64,000 nt of DNA from a virus (lineage: Duplodnaviria; Caudoviricetes): the IMG/VR virus record IMGVR_UViG_3300022555_000045, positions 10,080-74,079 of that record; one strand, written 5' to 3'. This document shows positions 27,904 through 37,759 of this stretch, one piece after another. The position numbers and the translations under genes were made by a program. Under the pieces are notes generated by a model. It saw only the letters and a program-made list of their open reading frames with translations. It was not told the DNA's origin and ran no database searches. Position 1 is the stretch's first letter. The number at the start of each line of letters is the position of its first letter.

Positions 27904-28866
27904 ATGGCTAGAAATAATCTCTCTCGAGGCACGGACGGTTTTTCACTAGCGAGAATGCGAGACGTAGTAACTGATTCTGTAGACAAGTTAACTACAGCTA
28001 TGTCTAAACAAGGTGCTGTTTTTGACACAGACGCTTTTGAAAACGATCTACGTGCTCTCGTCCTTAAGTATTTTGGAAAACCAACAGCCTCATCCAGTTC
28101 AATCCCAGATCCCTACTTTTCTTCAGCCTCTGCTGTTGAATCAGCAACAGTACCGCCGCGCCCTAACTACAATTTAGCCGCTGATATCTTAATCTCTGCT
28201 CACCAGCTTTACGTTGACAACAACGTTAAAGAAGCTATTCAGATGATGGCTAATGTTCTTGAAGCAGACGGTATTCAAGAACTGATATCTGCTCTTGAAG
28301 AGACCAATCTTAACACAGACGTATCGGTACTAGCGGCTCTTGCTGCTGACGAACAGCCTATTGCGGAAGTGTCGGACAGTCACTCAACTGAAGCTTCTTC
28401 TGACGATGCAGACGATTCAACAACTGACGGCTCGGAAGACGACGAACCTCCAGTTGAAGAGCATGAACCTTCTGATGAAGATGATATTGACACTGGTTCT
28501 CTTAACGAAGAGGAAGGTGAACCAGAAGTTTCTGATTTTGAAGACGAAGACGGAATTTCAGAAGCTGATATTCATACAGCCCCGGAGGTTTCTTCCGCTT
28601 CGTTAACCGATCCAGTTTCTGACGAAGAAATGGACGATATCGTTTCTGAAGTTGCCGCTAAAGCAACCCAGTTCCGTACGAATAAAACTACTGCTAATAC
28701 TACTCCTGCCGCTCAGCAGGCCAAACCAGCAGCTAAGCCGGTAACTGCCGCCGCTGCCCCTAAGCCTCTGTCTCGTGAAGAGCGTGCGTTCCTCAACAAG
28801 ATTTCTTTGTCAGGGGACAAGCAGTATCGTACTATCGCTAAGTCAATGGAAACTGAGGCTGCTTAA
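27904..28866 (+). CDS. Acidic hypothetical protein (probable head-associated)
   Basis: SD aaggag; D/E-rich linker; highly expressed-type codon bias; located after the MCP. Confidence 0.7.
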   Translation: MARNNLSRGTDGFSLARMRDVVTDSVDKLTTAMSKQGAVFDTDAFENDLRALVLKYFGKPTASSSSIPDPYFSSASAVESATVPPRPNYNLAADILISAHQLYVDNNVKEAIQMMANVLEADGIQELISALEETNLNTDVSVLAALAADEQPIAEVSDSHSTEASSDDADDSTTDGSEDDEPPVEEHEPSDEDDIDTGSLNEEEGEPEVSDFEDEDGISEADIHTAPEVSSASLTDPVSDEEMDDIVSEVAAKATQFRTNKTTANTTPAAQQAKPAAKPVTAAAAPKPLSREERAFLNKISLSGDKQYRTIAKSMETEAA

Positions 28867-28873
28867 CACTACT

Positions 28874-28957
28874 GGACAGGATGGTAAGTGGGTGAAATCA
28901 CGGGACTGTAAATCCCTCGCTTCGGCTATGAATGTTCAAATCATTCCCTGTCCACCA
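28874..28957 (+). tRNA. tRNA-Tyr (GTA) with encoded CCA
   Basis: Acceptor GGACAGG/CCTGTCC plus ACCA; anticodon arm cggga-CTGTAAA-tccct; T arm gaatg-TTCAAAT-cattc; long variable arm. Confidence 0.9.
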
Positions 28958-28987
28958 CGCCTAACAGTTAACAACAAAACACAATGA

Positions 28988-29040
28988 GAATAGGGGCGCT
29001 CAGAGGTTGATAGCCTCCAAGCGCCCCTATTCTTGTTTTC
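28988..29040 (+). terminator. Intrinsic terminator
   Basis: gaataggggcgct...agcgcccctattc stem followed by a T-rich tract. Confidence 0.8.
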
Positions 29041-29126
29041 ATTTTTGATTCAATAACTTAATTTTCCTTATAGCTAAGTAGTAAGAAATTTTTAGAAGTA
29101 ACTTTCAAAAATGAGGAGCATAAATT

Positions 29127-29501
29127 ATGTCAAGATCATGGCCTATCGTACCGTCACCTAATGATCCATATTTAGACGAGTATATCAAACGTTACAATCA
29201 ACCCAAGTCCTATGATGTTATGCCTAAAGTAGCGTTTGCCGATTACGACAAGATTCCACTAACTAACCCGATGCCGGGGAACGTCCGTAAAGTATTCACT
29301 ACTAAGCTGTCTAGGATTGAACAACAGGTTAACAAAGACGTTAATAACCTTAAAGCCTTCTGCCGTATTTGTAACTGTGAATTACCTAGCCACGAGTTTT
29401 ATACTGACCATTACCGTTGGCCTGACCTGATGAAACATGCTATCCTAGAACACGGTTGTACACCAGATCAAGACTTCTTACGGTATATTATTCGACTTTA
29501 G
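29127..29501 (+). CDS. Hypothetical protein (CxxC...H Zn-binding)
   Basis: SD gaggag; CRICNC...HYRWPD-MKHAILEHG. Confidence 0.7.
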   Translation: MSRSWPIVPSPNDPYLDEYIKRYNQPKSYDVMPKVAFADYDKIPLTNPMPGNVRKVFTTKLSRIEQQVNKDVNNLKAFCRICNCELPSHEFYTDHYRWPDLMKHAILEHGCTPDQDFLRYIIRL

Positions 29502-29533
29502 GCATTTTGGGCGTAAAACTAAGGAGTAACTCA

Positions 29534-30028
29534 ATGTCAAAACTTGCTAGAGTTAATGACTATAATGACTATAATGACGTTGACATTACTTCAAAGCTAG
29601 TGGCTAATGAGAACACAGACTTTTCATATGTCCCTCCAGAGCTTTTAGACCAAGTAGTAGAGTGCGTTAGGGCTCTTCTCCTCTTAGAGAAAGAACGGAA
29701 TATTACTGTTGAAGACATTAACAGAATTTTTGAACCTATTACCTATCATATCTCTGGGGAAGTATTTGTTAAGATAGTAGCAGTACCTTACTCTCAGTAT
29801 ACTGGTAAGTTTAACAAGATTTTCTTTCACACTTTTATCTTAACTAGGCGAATGGTAACTAGATCAGTAGATTGGAGTAAAATTTGTAATCATATAATGG
29901 GTTTTAACCAATATATTATGCAGGCATTAGAACTTACTGATGCGGTTAGCACTATAGCTACTAAAGTAGAACAATTTTTGTTTGATAGTCAAGTTGGAGA
30001 CAGACCGTGGCAACTAATTCAGCGTTAA
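29534..30028 (+). CDS. Hypothetical protein
   Basis: Probable ATG at 29534 after aaggag, inside the longer called ORF 29456..30028. Confidence 0.6.
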   Translation: MSKLARVNDYNDYNDVDITSKLVANENTDFSYVPPELLDQVVECVRALLLLEKERNITVEDINRIFEPITYHISGEVFVKIVAVPYSQYTGKFNKIFFHTFILTRRMVTRSVDWSKICNHIMGFNQYIMQALELTDAVSTIATKVEQFLFDSQVGDRPWQLIQR

Positions 30029-30870
30029 GAATAAACACTTACTTTAAAGTGTCAGGGCACGTCGTTTTAGCTATGAACGTTAAGTTGAATGATATCTCTG
30101 TGTTAAATAAGATAATGACTGAGATTACAGCTAATGGCCCTTTAAGAAATTCTAATGATAGTTTTAAAGAGTTTAAGCATCCTTCCAGTTCCGTGATTAT
30201 TATACTTTATGCCTACTTTGATCCTAACGCCTCTCCCACTCTTGGAGAGTATAACTATAAGACTAAAACTATCGAATTAGGATATAATAACGTATTTCCT
30301 TGGATTGAAGCCCAAAAGCATATTTATAGCCGGTTATGTCACGAGTACCTTCATTACTTGCAACACGTCTCTGATGACTCTTCGTCTAAAGCTAATATAA
30401 AATTAAGTGAGGTTAATAAGGTTTTAGATGATTATGCTAAGATATTAGAAGCACGTAATAATATGCTAAAAATGAAAGAGGCTGGTGTACCTCCTATGAC
30501 TGAAGCTATGAATAAGAGGTTAGAGTTATTAGAGAAAGTTATAAAGAATAAGACTCCTCAATATATAGCAAAATACGCTAGGTATTTCTATCATACATTA
30601 GAGACCTGTTCCCACGCGGGACAAGCAATTGCTGAACTGCTATATCCGCAGACTAAAGATAATCTGTTGGATATGACTATGATACACCAAGCTTGTCAAG
30701 ACCTATTGAATGATAGGCAACTAAATTCTAAACTTAAAGGTACGCATACCTGGGATTTCATAAAAACTCATACGCCAGACACTGTTCATGATGAATATTT
30801 TAAATGGTTAGCTAAAGAAGCTCGTCGTTTATTAGCTACTATTGTTAAAAGCTTTGTTAAGACGAATTAG
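30007..30870 (+). CDS. Zincin-like protein (HEXXH)
   Basis: LCHEYLHYLQH motif, downstream E (LETCSH) and the preceding GEYNY strand. Confidence 0.65.
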   Translation: MATNSALRINTYFKVSGHVVLAMNVKLNDISVLNKIMTEITANGPLRNSNDSFKEFKHPSSSVIIILYAYFDPNASPTLGEYNYKTKTIELGYNNVFPWIEAQKHIYSRLCHEYLHYLQHVSDDSSSKANIKLSEVNKVLDDYAKILEARNNMLKMKEAGVPPMTEAMNKRLELLEKVIKNKTPQYIAKYARYFYHTLETCSHAGQAIAELLYPQTKDNLLDMTMIHQACQDLLNDRQLNSKLKGTHTWDFIKTHTPDTVHDEYFKWLAKEARRLLATIVKSFVKTN

Positions 30871-30912
30871 ATACGGTATTCTTTTTAACTAGGTGTTTTA
30901 TGGGACGTTACC

Positions 30913-31140
30913 ATGAAACTAAGCGAAATTCAAGCTGATCCAGAAGAGTTTTTACGACGCTTGCGTGAATCCTACGAGTCTCATAGTACTACTCTGACTA
31001 AAGCTGATATTGAAGACTTTGTGTGTCTGAAGAAGTTGCTTTGTGGGTTGAACAGACCAAAACTGGAACCCGTCCTAAATTGGAAATTGATTGGTTGGAC
31101 TTGTACAACGCAGCTGCTGACTTTGACTAACCTTCCCTAA
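30913..31140 (+). CDS. Small hypothetical protein
   Basis: 75-aa ORF, co-oriented. Confidence 0.5.
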   Translation: MKLSEIQADPEEFLRRLRESYESHSTTLTKADIEDFVCLKKLLCGLNRPKLEPVLNWKLIGWTCTTQLLTLTNLP

Positions 31141-31182
31141 AGGTACGTAAGTCTATTTTCTTCGAAAGAGGGTGCCTAACCC

Positions 31183-31878
31183 ATGCACAACAAGATACCA
31201 GATTTTACAGATATATACCAAGCGTCGTTGTTCGGTGCGGCTAAGCAATTTGAGTATTTCTTTGATACTGAACCTACTCGGGTTGTGTCGGTAGCTAATA
31301 ACTGGCACATGCGGGAAATGGTTAAGAAGTATAAAGAAATGGAGTATCCGTATTTTGCGGTGCAACGGACGGCTGTAGCTGTTCAAGACGGTGGATTGGC
31401 TGCTAAGAATACTAGACGAACCGGAATTCGTGGTGGACGTACTTCAGGTTTCTATGATTCTTACGTTTATAATATTTTCCCGGTGCAGGTTACGTTACGT
31501 GTATTGTTTGTTTGTCAGACTGAAGCCGACCGTATGGCTTTTGAGCAACAATGGATGTATATAGCAGTAGGAGGAGATTTGAAATTCTATCTTGATACTA
31601 CTGACAGTTCCTTTAAAGCACCGATTAACATGGTTATGGATAAAAATCTAACATTACCAGACTTTGAAAATGATGATATAGGTGAACAATTCACAATTGA
31701 AACCTCTGTACAATTAAACACGTACCTAGGGAAAATCAAAGTTATCAAAGCAGTTGTTACTCCAGCAGGTACTTTTGAAACTCAGAATGCTAACGGCGAT
31801 TTCGTTACCGACACTCCACTAAACTTGAAAAAGGGTACTACGACTAATAAAGCTAAACCTGATGTTGAATATCTGTAA
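31183..31878 (+). CDS. Virion structural protein (possible tail terminator / head-tail joining)
   Basis: Located before the sheath; beta-rich pattern YPYFAV...PVQVTLRVLF...FTIETSVQLNTYLG. Confidence 0.5.
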   Translation: MHNKIPDFTDIYQASLFGAAKQFEYFFDTEPTRVVSVANNWHMREMVKKYKEMEYPYFAVQRTAVAVQDGGLAAKNTRRTGIRGGRTSGFYDSYVYNIFPVQVTLRVLFVCQTEADRMAFEQQWMYIAVGGDLKFYLDTTDSSFKAPINMVMDKNLTLPDFENDDIGEQFTIETSVQLNTYLGKIKVIKAVVTPAGTFETQNANGDFVTDTPLNLKKGTTTNKAKPDVEYL

Positions 31879-31904
31879 CACCGTAACCACGTGAGGGTGA
31901 AATT

Positions 31905-32285
31905 GTGACTAATCTAGCAGACACTCCGTCTACAATTATTACGTTAGTAGCAGACGGTAACTTGTATCAGGTTACCCCTAATTCTACGATAAACATCCAT
32001 AAATATAGAGCATCTATTATGCTAGATCAGAACGGGATTTCCTCTATTGTGAAAATAATGAATCCTTCTAGTGTAATTACAATCAATGAAGTTTCTAATT
32101 TGGTTCATGTTTATACAACTGGTACACTATCAGCCGTGTTCTCAAGTCTCAACCCTATAACTTCAATGGCTGAAGAGCATACGGTTAACATTAGTAGTTT
32201 GTTCATGGCTACAGCCGCCTATACGTCTATAGTGCTAACCAACACTAACACTGTCCAGGTAGCCGTCAGGATTTACTACTCTTAG
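31905..32285 (+). CDS. Hypothetical structural protein
   Basis: GTG start after gaggg; 126 aa, beta-rich. Confidence 0.6.
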   Translation: MTNLADTPSTIITLVADGNLYQVTPNSTINIHKYRASIMLDQNGISSIVKIMNPSSVITINEVSNLVHVYTTGTLSAVFSSLNPITSMAEEHTVNISSLFMATAAYTSIVLTNTNTVQVAVRIYYS

Positions 32286-32536
32286 TAGCGTTACCTAAGT
32301 AATCCTACTCGTAAAGACCTATCTGGCGTAGTCTTGAACTCCGTTACTAAAGTTCTACAAGTTAGTTGTAAAAAGTTTAATCAAACTTGGGTTGTTACAT
32401 ACATTATATTGGTTAGTTTTTACCTAAAAGCTCTGGTTATACCTATGTTAACAGGGTATCCTTGCCGAGTAGTTTCTGGTAAAAACTTAATTTTAATCAA
32501 GACATTCAGAATGCTAAATATAAAGGACCTTAGCAA

Positions 32537-32842
32537 ATGCTCGTATTAAAAAATATCTCTAAATTTTCGGTTGTAGTTCATTCAGCAGACGGAGATGCAA
32601 TAATCATTCCACCGAAAGCAGCAGTTGCTACGGATGATAAATTTCTTTGGCAGCTTGATGACACCCAAGTTCGTATTGTAAAGCGTACAGACGACGGTAC
32701 CCATCACCGAGTAGCTGTACCTAATCCTGTGTCTATTCCGTTACCCACTCCTGCACCAGTACTAGACAAGCTGAAAAACTCTCACGCTTCTCACACAGCT
32801 AATTCAGAGTTTAATTCTGCTAATCCTAAAGGTGTGCAGTAA
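32537..32842 (+). CDS. Small hypothetical protein preceding the sheath
   Basis: Late motif at 32486 and SD aagga upstream. Confidence 0.65.
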   Translation: MLVLKNISKFSVVVHSADGDAIIIPPKAAVATDDKFLWQLDDTQVRIVKRTDDGTHHRVAVPNPVSIPLPTPAPVLDKLKNSHASHTANSEFNSANPKGVQ

Positions 32843-34971
32843 CTGTTTACAGGTGCTTCTCGGCGTAGGCTCTCAACATAGTCCATAGCTTTGTCAATTA
32901 GATCATTGTTATCTTTAAAGTGACCAATACTGTGGTTGCAGGATTGACATAGTAAACCACGAATCAAACCAGTCTCGTGACAGTGATCTACCACTAACCT
33001 TTCACTGTCACCACAGATTGCACAGCACAGGTTGTCCTCAGTGAACGCTTCAATTAACCACTTTACTAGCATACGAGAGTGGTACACTGTAGTGTTAAAC
33101 GGATAGCCTTGAATTGTATGTAATACTTCCCGGATTCCCAAACGTAGTAAATTCTTCTCTTTTAGGAAATTATTCGTTTGGTTGGCGAATAAAGAACGCG
33201 TAGCACCTTTCACCGGACGATCTACTGTTAACCTATAAGCCACGTGGAATGGAGTAATCTCCAGCTTCTCGGCAATTTTGAAAATTAACTGGTCAGGACT
33301 TACATTTAATTTGTACTTGTCCCACAACCTGAGAATTGCAACTTTAGAACCACGCCAGTCTTCTGAGTCTACACGGTACTCTGTTAACTTAGGGGCAGGC
33401 GCTATATCAGCTAAGGCGTCACGAGTAAAAGTCAAGTAATCAATTGCTCGTTGGAATTGTTCCCTATCTTCACCTAGTTTACCTAGACCAACATTGCAGT
33501 TGTTACAAATTAAACCTCTAATTAGCCCGGTTTTGTGACAGTGGTCAATAGTTAAGTTAACCTCTGACCCAGACACCCCACACAGTTCACAACAATTACT
33601 AGCCGGGTCGTGAAGCTTACGGAACTTGTGTAAAGTGTAGATGAATTGAGAGTTTTTACTCTTGTCGTAAACCTGACCTTCCACTTTGGTTAAAAGCAAC
33701 TTAACCATTTTTAGAATCTTAGGTGAGAAGTCTCGGTGTTTAACTATTAACGCTCCGACACGGTTACGATTGATTCCTAGCTTACGGGCAATGTACCTAG
33801 TGGACTTACCAGCGTCCCAGAAGTCTAAGATTTTCTTGTAGTCAGCCGGATTGGTACCGAACTGTTTTAACCTAGCTTCAATGTACGACTTACATTTACG
33901 AGGGTTGTACTGGACACCGTACCGTTTCAGGGTAAAAATAATGGTCGATCCGTGAGTGTTGTACTTTTTAGCAATAGAGGGTATTGTGTAGTTTCCGGTT
34001 TTTAAGTCTTCAATCATTTGCCAAGCAGTTTCGTCATTGAAAGTGTAGTCAGTAGTTTGGCGTAAGGTAACCTTATGTTCTAGCAGCACACGACGTATAT
34101 CCATGTAGAAGGTGTTAAACTTCCTAGCAACTTTGTCTATGTGTTCACCACTACGGTACAGTTTACAAATTTCTCTTTCTTGCTTGTTAGAGAAGTTCTT
34201 GGGTTCTAAGATTCTCATTGGGTTGGCAGTAGTCAGTCCTAATTTTGTACTGGATTTCCTATCCTCACCACGACGAACTTCTGTTAGGCAAGTAGGACAG
34301 ATTAGTCCACGGATCAAACCTGTCGTGTGGGCATGATCAATGACTAAGTCATCAGTCTTTTTGTGGCAGAGGTAACAGGCACACTTGTTAGGAGCGTGAA
34401 CTTCCTGATACTTGTGTAGGTCAGTAATGTACTCTCGGTTCTCTACATAGTCTAGCTCGGCTATTTTTAGTAGAGCATCGTTAACCATTACAGTTATACG
34501 GGGACACGGTTCACGTTTATCTACTATTAGTGCAGCCGTTCTCATTAACGGAGCTTTTACACTTTTCGCTATAGTGGTTACATTCTGACCTTTATCCCAC
34601 ATTTCTAAAGTAGGGTGTAGCGTAGTGTTACCTAAAGCTCTCACCTCACCTCTTGTACCGGCGTGACGGTGTTTGAACTCGTCTCTAGGAACATTGTGAC
34701 GTTTCATAATTGAAATAAAAGTAGCGTACTCTATTCCGTACTTATTACATAAATCTGTTATATAGGCATTAGGCCCTAGGTTGTGATACTCTTCAATTAA
34801 CTTCAACTCCTCGCCGTGTGATAGTTTAAACGGTGACCTTTCTACAACGTCTATACCTTCATTGTGAAGAACTTCCCTAATGTAGTGTTGAGTAGTTCCG
34901 AAGTTCCTAGCAATGACTTGTAGGTACAGCTTCTCAACAGTGTAAGCATGAATTACTTCTAAAATGTCCAT
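32791..34971 (-). CDS. Protein with three endonuclease VII (His-Me finger) domains and interspersed HTHs; putative homing endonuclease
   Basis: Three CxxC...DHxHxTGLIRGL[IL]CxxC modules; SD aggag; the only long minus-strand gene in the window. Confidence 0.85.
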   Translation of the reverse strand: MDILEVIHAYTVEKLYLQVIARNFGTTQHYIREVLHNEGIDVVERSPFKLSHGEELKLIEEYHNLGPNAYITDLCNKYGIEYATFISIMKRHNVPRDEFKHRHAGTRGEVRALGNTTLHPTLEMWDKGQNVTTIAKSVKAPLMRTAALIVDKREPCPRITVMVNDALLKIAELDYVENREYITDLHKYQEVHAPNKCACYLCHKKTDDLVIDHAHTTGLIRGLICPTCLTEVRRGEDRKSSTKLGLTTANPMRILEPKNFSNKQEREICKLYRSGEHIDKVARKFNTFYMDIRRVLLEHKVTLRQTTDYTFNDETAWQMIEDLKTGNYTIPSIAKKYNTHGSTIIFTLKRYGVQYNPRKCKSYIEARLKQFGTNPADYKKILDFWDAGKSTRYIARKLGINRNRVGALIVKHRDFSPKILKMVKLLLTKVEGQVYDKSKNSQFIYTLHKFRKLHDPASNCCELCGVSGSEVNLTIDHCHKTGLIRGLICNNCNVGLGKLGEDREQFQRAIDYLTFTRDALADIAPAPKLTEYRVDSEDWRGSKVAILRLWDKYKLNVSPDQLIFKIAEKLEITPFHVAYRLTVDRPVKGATRSLFANQTNNFLKEKNLLRLGIREVLHTIQGYPFNTTVYHSRMLVKWLIEAFTEDNLCCAICGDSERLVVDHCHETGLIRGLLCQSCNHSIGHFKDNNDLIDKAMDYVESLRREAPVNSYCTPLGLAELNSELAV

Positions 34972-35021
34972 AGTAAAGACTCCTAAGTTTTAGTAGAACT
35001 ACTAAATTCTAATCATAAGTA

Positions 35022-35050
35022 ATAGTAACACACTAAAGATTGAGAGTCAA
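35022..35050 (-). promoter_or_regulatory. sigma70-type extended -10 promoter for the EndoVII gene
   Basis: On the minus strand TTGACT (35050-35045), 17 bp, TGn-TACTAT (35027-35022). Confidence 0.65.
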
Positions 35051-35283
35051 GAAAAATCTTAAGAAAGTTTAAAATTCTTCAGATTCTATACCGTGCCGCT
35101 TGAGGGCAGTAAGTTCACATCATAATACAATAAACATATTATTGATATTCTTAGTGATTTTGATCCGTTGATAACGATTTATGCTAAGAATACAGTGATT
35201 TGAGGATTTTAATATGAAAATACTATGTCGGTTTTATACGTAAAACAGCGTTTGACGCTCATTACATAGGAGTTGACCCCGCC

Positions 35284-37584
35284 ATGCCCACGTTTGCACT
35301 ATCTCCTGGATCTTATCTTCGAGAAAATGATATATCTATACGTGTATCACCTATAGCTACTTCAATTTCTGCGCTAGTTTTAGCATCGGACAAGGGATCG
35401 TTAGATCTCTTTTTCAGCTCCAGTAATACTAATTTCCTAGCACAATACGGGAATCCAGATACTAAGCTAGGATTTGGTCATCATTCAGCACTAGCGTTCC
35501 TCACAGTAGGCACTAATCTGTGGTCTACTCGGGTGGTAAACGGTGCTCAGTGGGCTAATTTGACCTATGTCACAGATCGTGAAGGTCCGCTTAGCAAACA
35601 TAATACCCCTATTCCGGGTACCGTCGGGTTAACTAATGACTTCAATAACGGTGCTCCTGACGTTCAGGGTATCATTTTTGATGGTCCGTTTATCACCAAT
35701 AACACAGTCAATGTTGAGGTTGTGGTAACTGGTGAAATTCACGGTCTTCCAGTAAACGCTGATCTTATTGCTTCAGTACCGTTTAACACTACTAGCGATC
35801 AGACTTTACTTGACTTAGCAAATGCTATTCATAGCACTCTTAACTCTGTGGCAACAGGGGCTATTGTTAATGTTATGCCTGCTACAGTAGTTAATGGTTC
35901 TAACAATCGTATTGTTCGGTTATTCTCTCCGTTAAATGTTCAAGTAGCCATCATTAACGTTGATGTTACCGGCGGTACCACTCAAGCTAACGGCTCTGTA
36001 GAAGACCTTAAGCTGTTTGACGTTCTTGGTGTTGACCCTGGTTCGTGGGCTAATAATATCGGTGTGCAGATTGCGGCTATTGACAAAGGCATACCTCAGA
36101 TATTACAGATTTCGTTTAGTAATATGTTAATGGCGAATAACGTTGTTAACATGTCTATTAACGGTAACGCTCTGCCTACTGTTCCTTATAACTCCAATAA
36201 CGATCAAACTCTAGATGATATTGCTACAGCAATTGTTACTTACTTAGGTACAGGTAGCACTGCTGCTCCAGTGGTTATTGGTGGTGGTAACAATAATGAT
36301 CGTCAGATTATTGTTACTGCTCCTGACGCAACCGCTGATATTATCATCAATAATGTTATCGTTAGCGGTGGTACTAACCAAGTATCTGCTACTATTACTC
36401 AAATTGTTGATAGAATTCCTCCTGATAATACCTTCCTGTTTAACGTTTATGATATTACTAAAAGTGTGGTCGCTCCTGTTGAACAGTTCACCGTTAGTTT
36501 GGCTATGCAGAATGACGGTTACGGTGCTCAGCAGAATATTATGTACGCCGTTAACCAAGGACCTAATTCGTCTAAGTACATTAGGATTTATCAGCCTGAG
36601 TGGAGTCAAGACGTAATTCTTAAAAACACTCAGATTCAGATTACCCTTCTTACTTACGGTTATAATGGCCTAGCCCCAACGGCTAACAATTATATGGCTG
36701 GGTCTTCCATCAACGGCGCTATTGTTAACGGTGGTTGGGCTCTGTTCTCTGACCGTGAAGCAGTTGACATTCGTATCCTTATTAACGGTGGTGTTACTAT
36801 TCCAGCCGTTCAAAAGTATATGACACAGTTGGCTCTCACTCGGCAAGACTGTATTGCTATTCTTGATATGCCTAGTAATTTCCAGTCGCCGCAGAAAGCT
36901 TTAAACTATCGTCGTAACACGCTTAACATCAACAGTTCCTACGCGGCTATCTATACTCCTGATCTTTATATTCAGGACACTTTCACCAATAGTCAATTCT
37001 ACGTGCCACCTAGCGGGTACATGGCTGCTATTTATGCTTATACTGATAAAAACGCAGCAACGTGGTTTGCTCCAGCCGGTCTGAATCGGGCTAATCTGAG
37101 CACACAAATCCTTGGGTTGCGGTTTACCTATAATCAAGGCGACCGTGATCTTATGTATCCTGCTCAAATTAACTTCATTCGCAACATGCCAGGTATCGGT
37201 TACCCTGTTTGGGCGGCAGTTACTTTGCAGAGTGCAGCGTCAGCTTTGAGTAATATCAACGTACGTCGTTTGATGATCTATATGGAGATATCCATCCTCA
37301 ATTACCTGATTTATGAAGTCTTCGAGCCGAACGACGATTTTACAAGACAGGCGATTGTGGACACGGTGACCCAGTTTGCTAACCCCATCATGCACAAGAG
37401 GGGATTGTTGGATTTCATGGTGGTTTCGGATAAAAGGAACAACAGCGCAAGTGACGAAGATCAGGGGATTCTGAACGTAGAATTCCTTGTAAAACCCACC
37501 ATTCCGGCAGTCTTTTTACTCTTAACTTCGACAATTACCTCGACTAGTGCTTCTTTCTCAGAATTAGTGGTTTCAGGCGCTTAG
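35284..37584 (+). CDS. Tail sheath protein
   Basis: MPTFALSPGSYLRENDIS; PGSWANNIGV; RQDCIAILD; YVPPSG; WFAPAGLNR; INVRRLM. These are contractile sheath motifs. Confidence 0.93.
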   Translation: MPTFALSPGSYLRENDISIRVSPIATSISALVLASDKGSLDLFFSSSNTNFLAQYGNPDTKLGFGHHSALAFLTVGTNLWSTRVVNGAQWANLTYVTDREGPLSKHNTPIPGTVGLTNDFNNGAPDVQGIIFDGPFITNNTVNVEVVVTGEIHGLPVNADLIASVPFNTTSDQTLLDLANAIHSTLNSVATGAIVNVMPATVVNGSNNRIVRLFSPLNVQVAIINVDVTGGTTQANGSVEDLKLFDVLGVDPGSWANNIGVQIAAIDKGIPQILQISFSNMLMANNVVNMSINGNALPTVPYNSNNDQTLDDIATAIVTYLGTGSTAAPVVIGGGNNNDRQIIVTAPDATADIIINNVIVSGGTNQVSATITQIVDRIPPDNTFLFNVYDITKSVVAPVEQFTVSLAMQNDGYGAQQNIMYAVNQGPNSSKYIRIYQPEWSQDVILKNTQIQITLLTYGYNGLAPTANNYMAGSSINGAIVNGGWALFSDREAVDIRILINGGVTIPAVQKYMTQLALTRQDCIAILDMPSNFQSPQKALNYRRNTLNINSSYAAIYTPDLYIQDTFTNSQFYVPPSGYMAAIYAYTDKNAATWFAPAGLNRANLSTQILGLRFTYNQGDRDLMYPAQINFIRNMPGIGYPVWAAVTLQSAASALSNINVRRLMIYMEISILNYLIYEVFEPNDDFTRQAIVDTVTQFANPIMHKRGLLDFMVVSDKRNNSASDEDQGILNVEFLVKPTIPAVFLLLTSTITSTSASFSELVVSGA

Positions 37585-37665
37585 AGGGCGGTTTGAGGCT
37601 AAAACGAAGAAAACTGACTACCTATACTGAACCAACGAGGTCTGAAAAGAAAAAATTAACCTATA

Positions 37666-37710
37666 AATAAGGGTTGTTTACTACTTAAATCTTATAAAAC
37701 AACCCTTATT
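37666..37710 (+). terminator. Hairpin / terminator after sheath
   Basis: aataagggttgttt...aaacaacccttatt. Confidence 0.6.
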
Positions 37711-37720
37711 TCTCTACTAA

Positions 37721-37756
37721 AAATCGTATAAAAATTTGCAAATTTTTATACGATTT
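37721..37756. repeat. 36-bp perfect palindrome
   Basis: aaatcgtataaaaatttg|caaatttttatacgattt with no loop. Confidence 0.95.
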
Positions 37757-37759
37757 CTC

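Noticed and set aside
32334-32549. ORF between 32285 and 32537
   Set aside because: No SD, and it spans the late promoter motif at 32486; likely a non-coding regulatory spacer.
34973-34987. 13/15 match of the predicted IscB guide to the initiation region of the triple-EndoVII gene (minus strand)
   Set aside because: The match is driven by the shared AGGAG SD, the TAM-proximal base mismatches, and the adjacent sequence is TATGG rather than ATGA.
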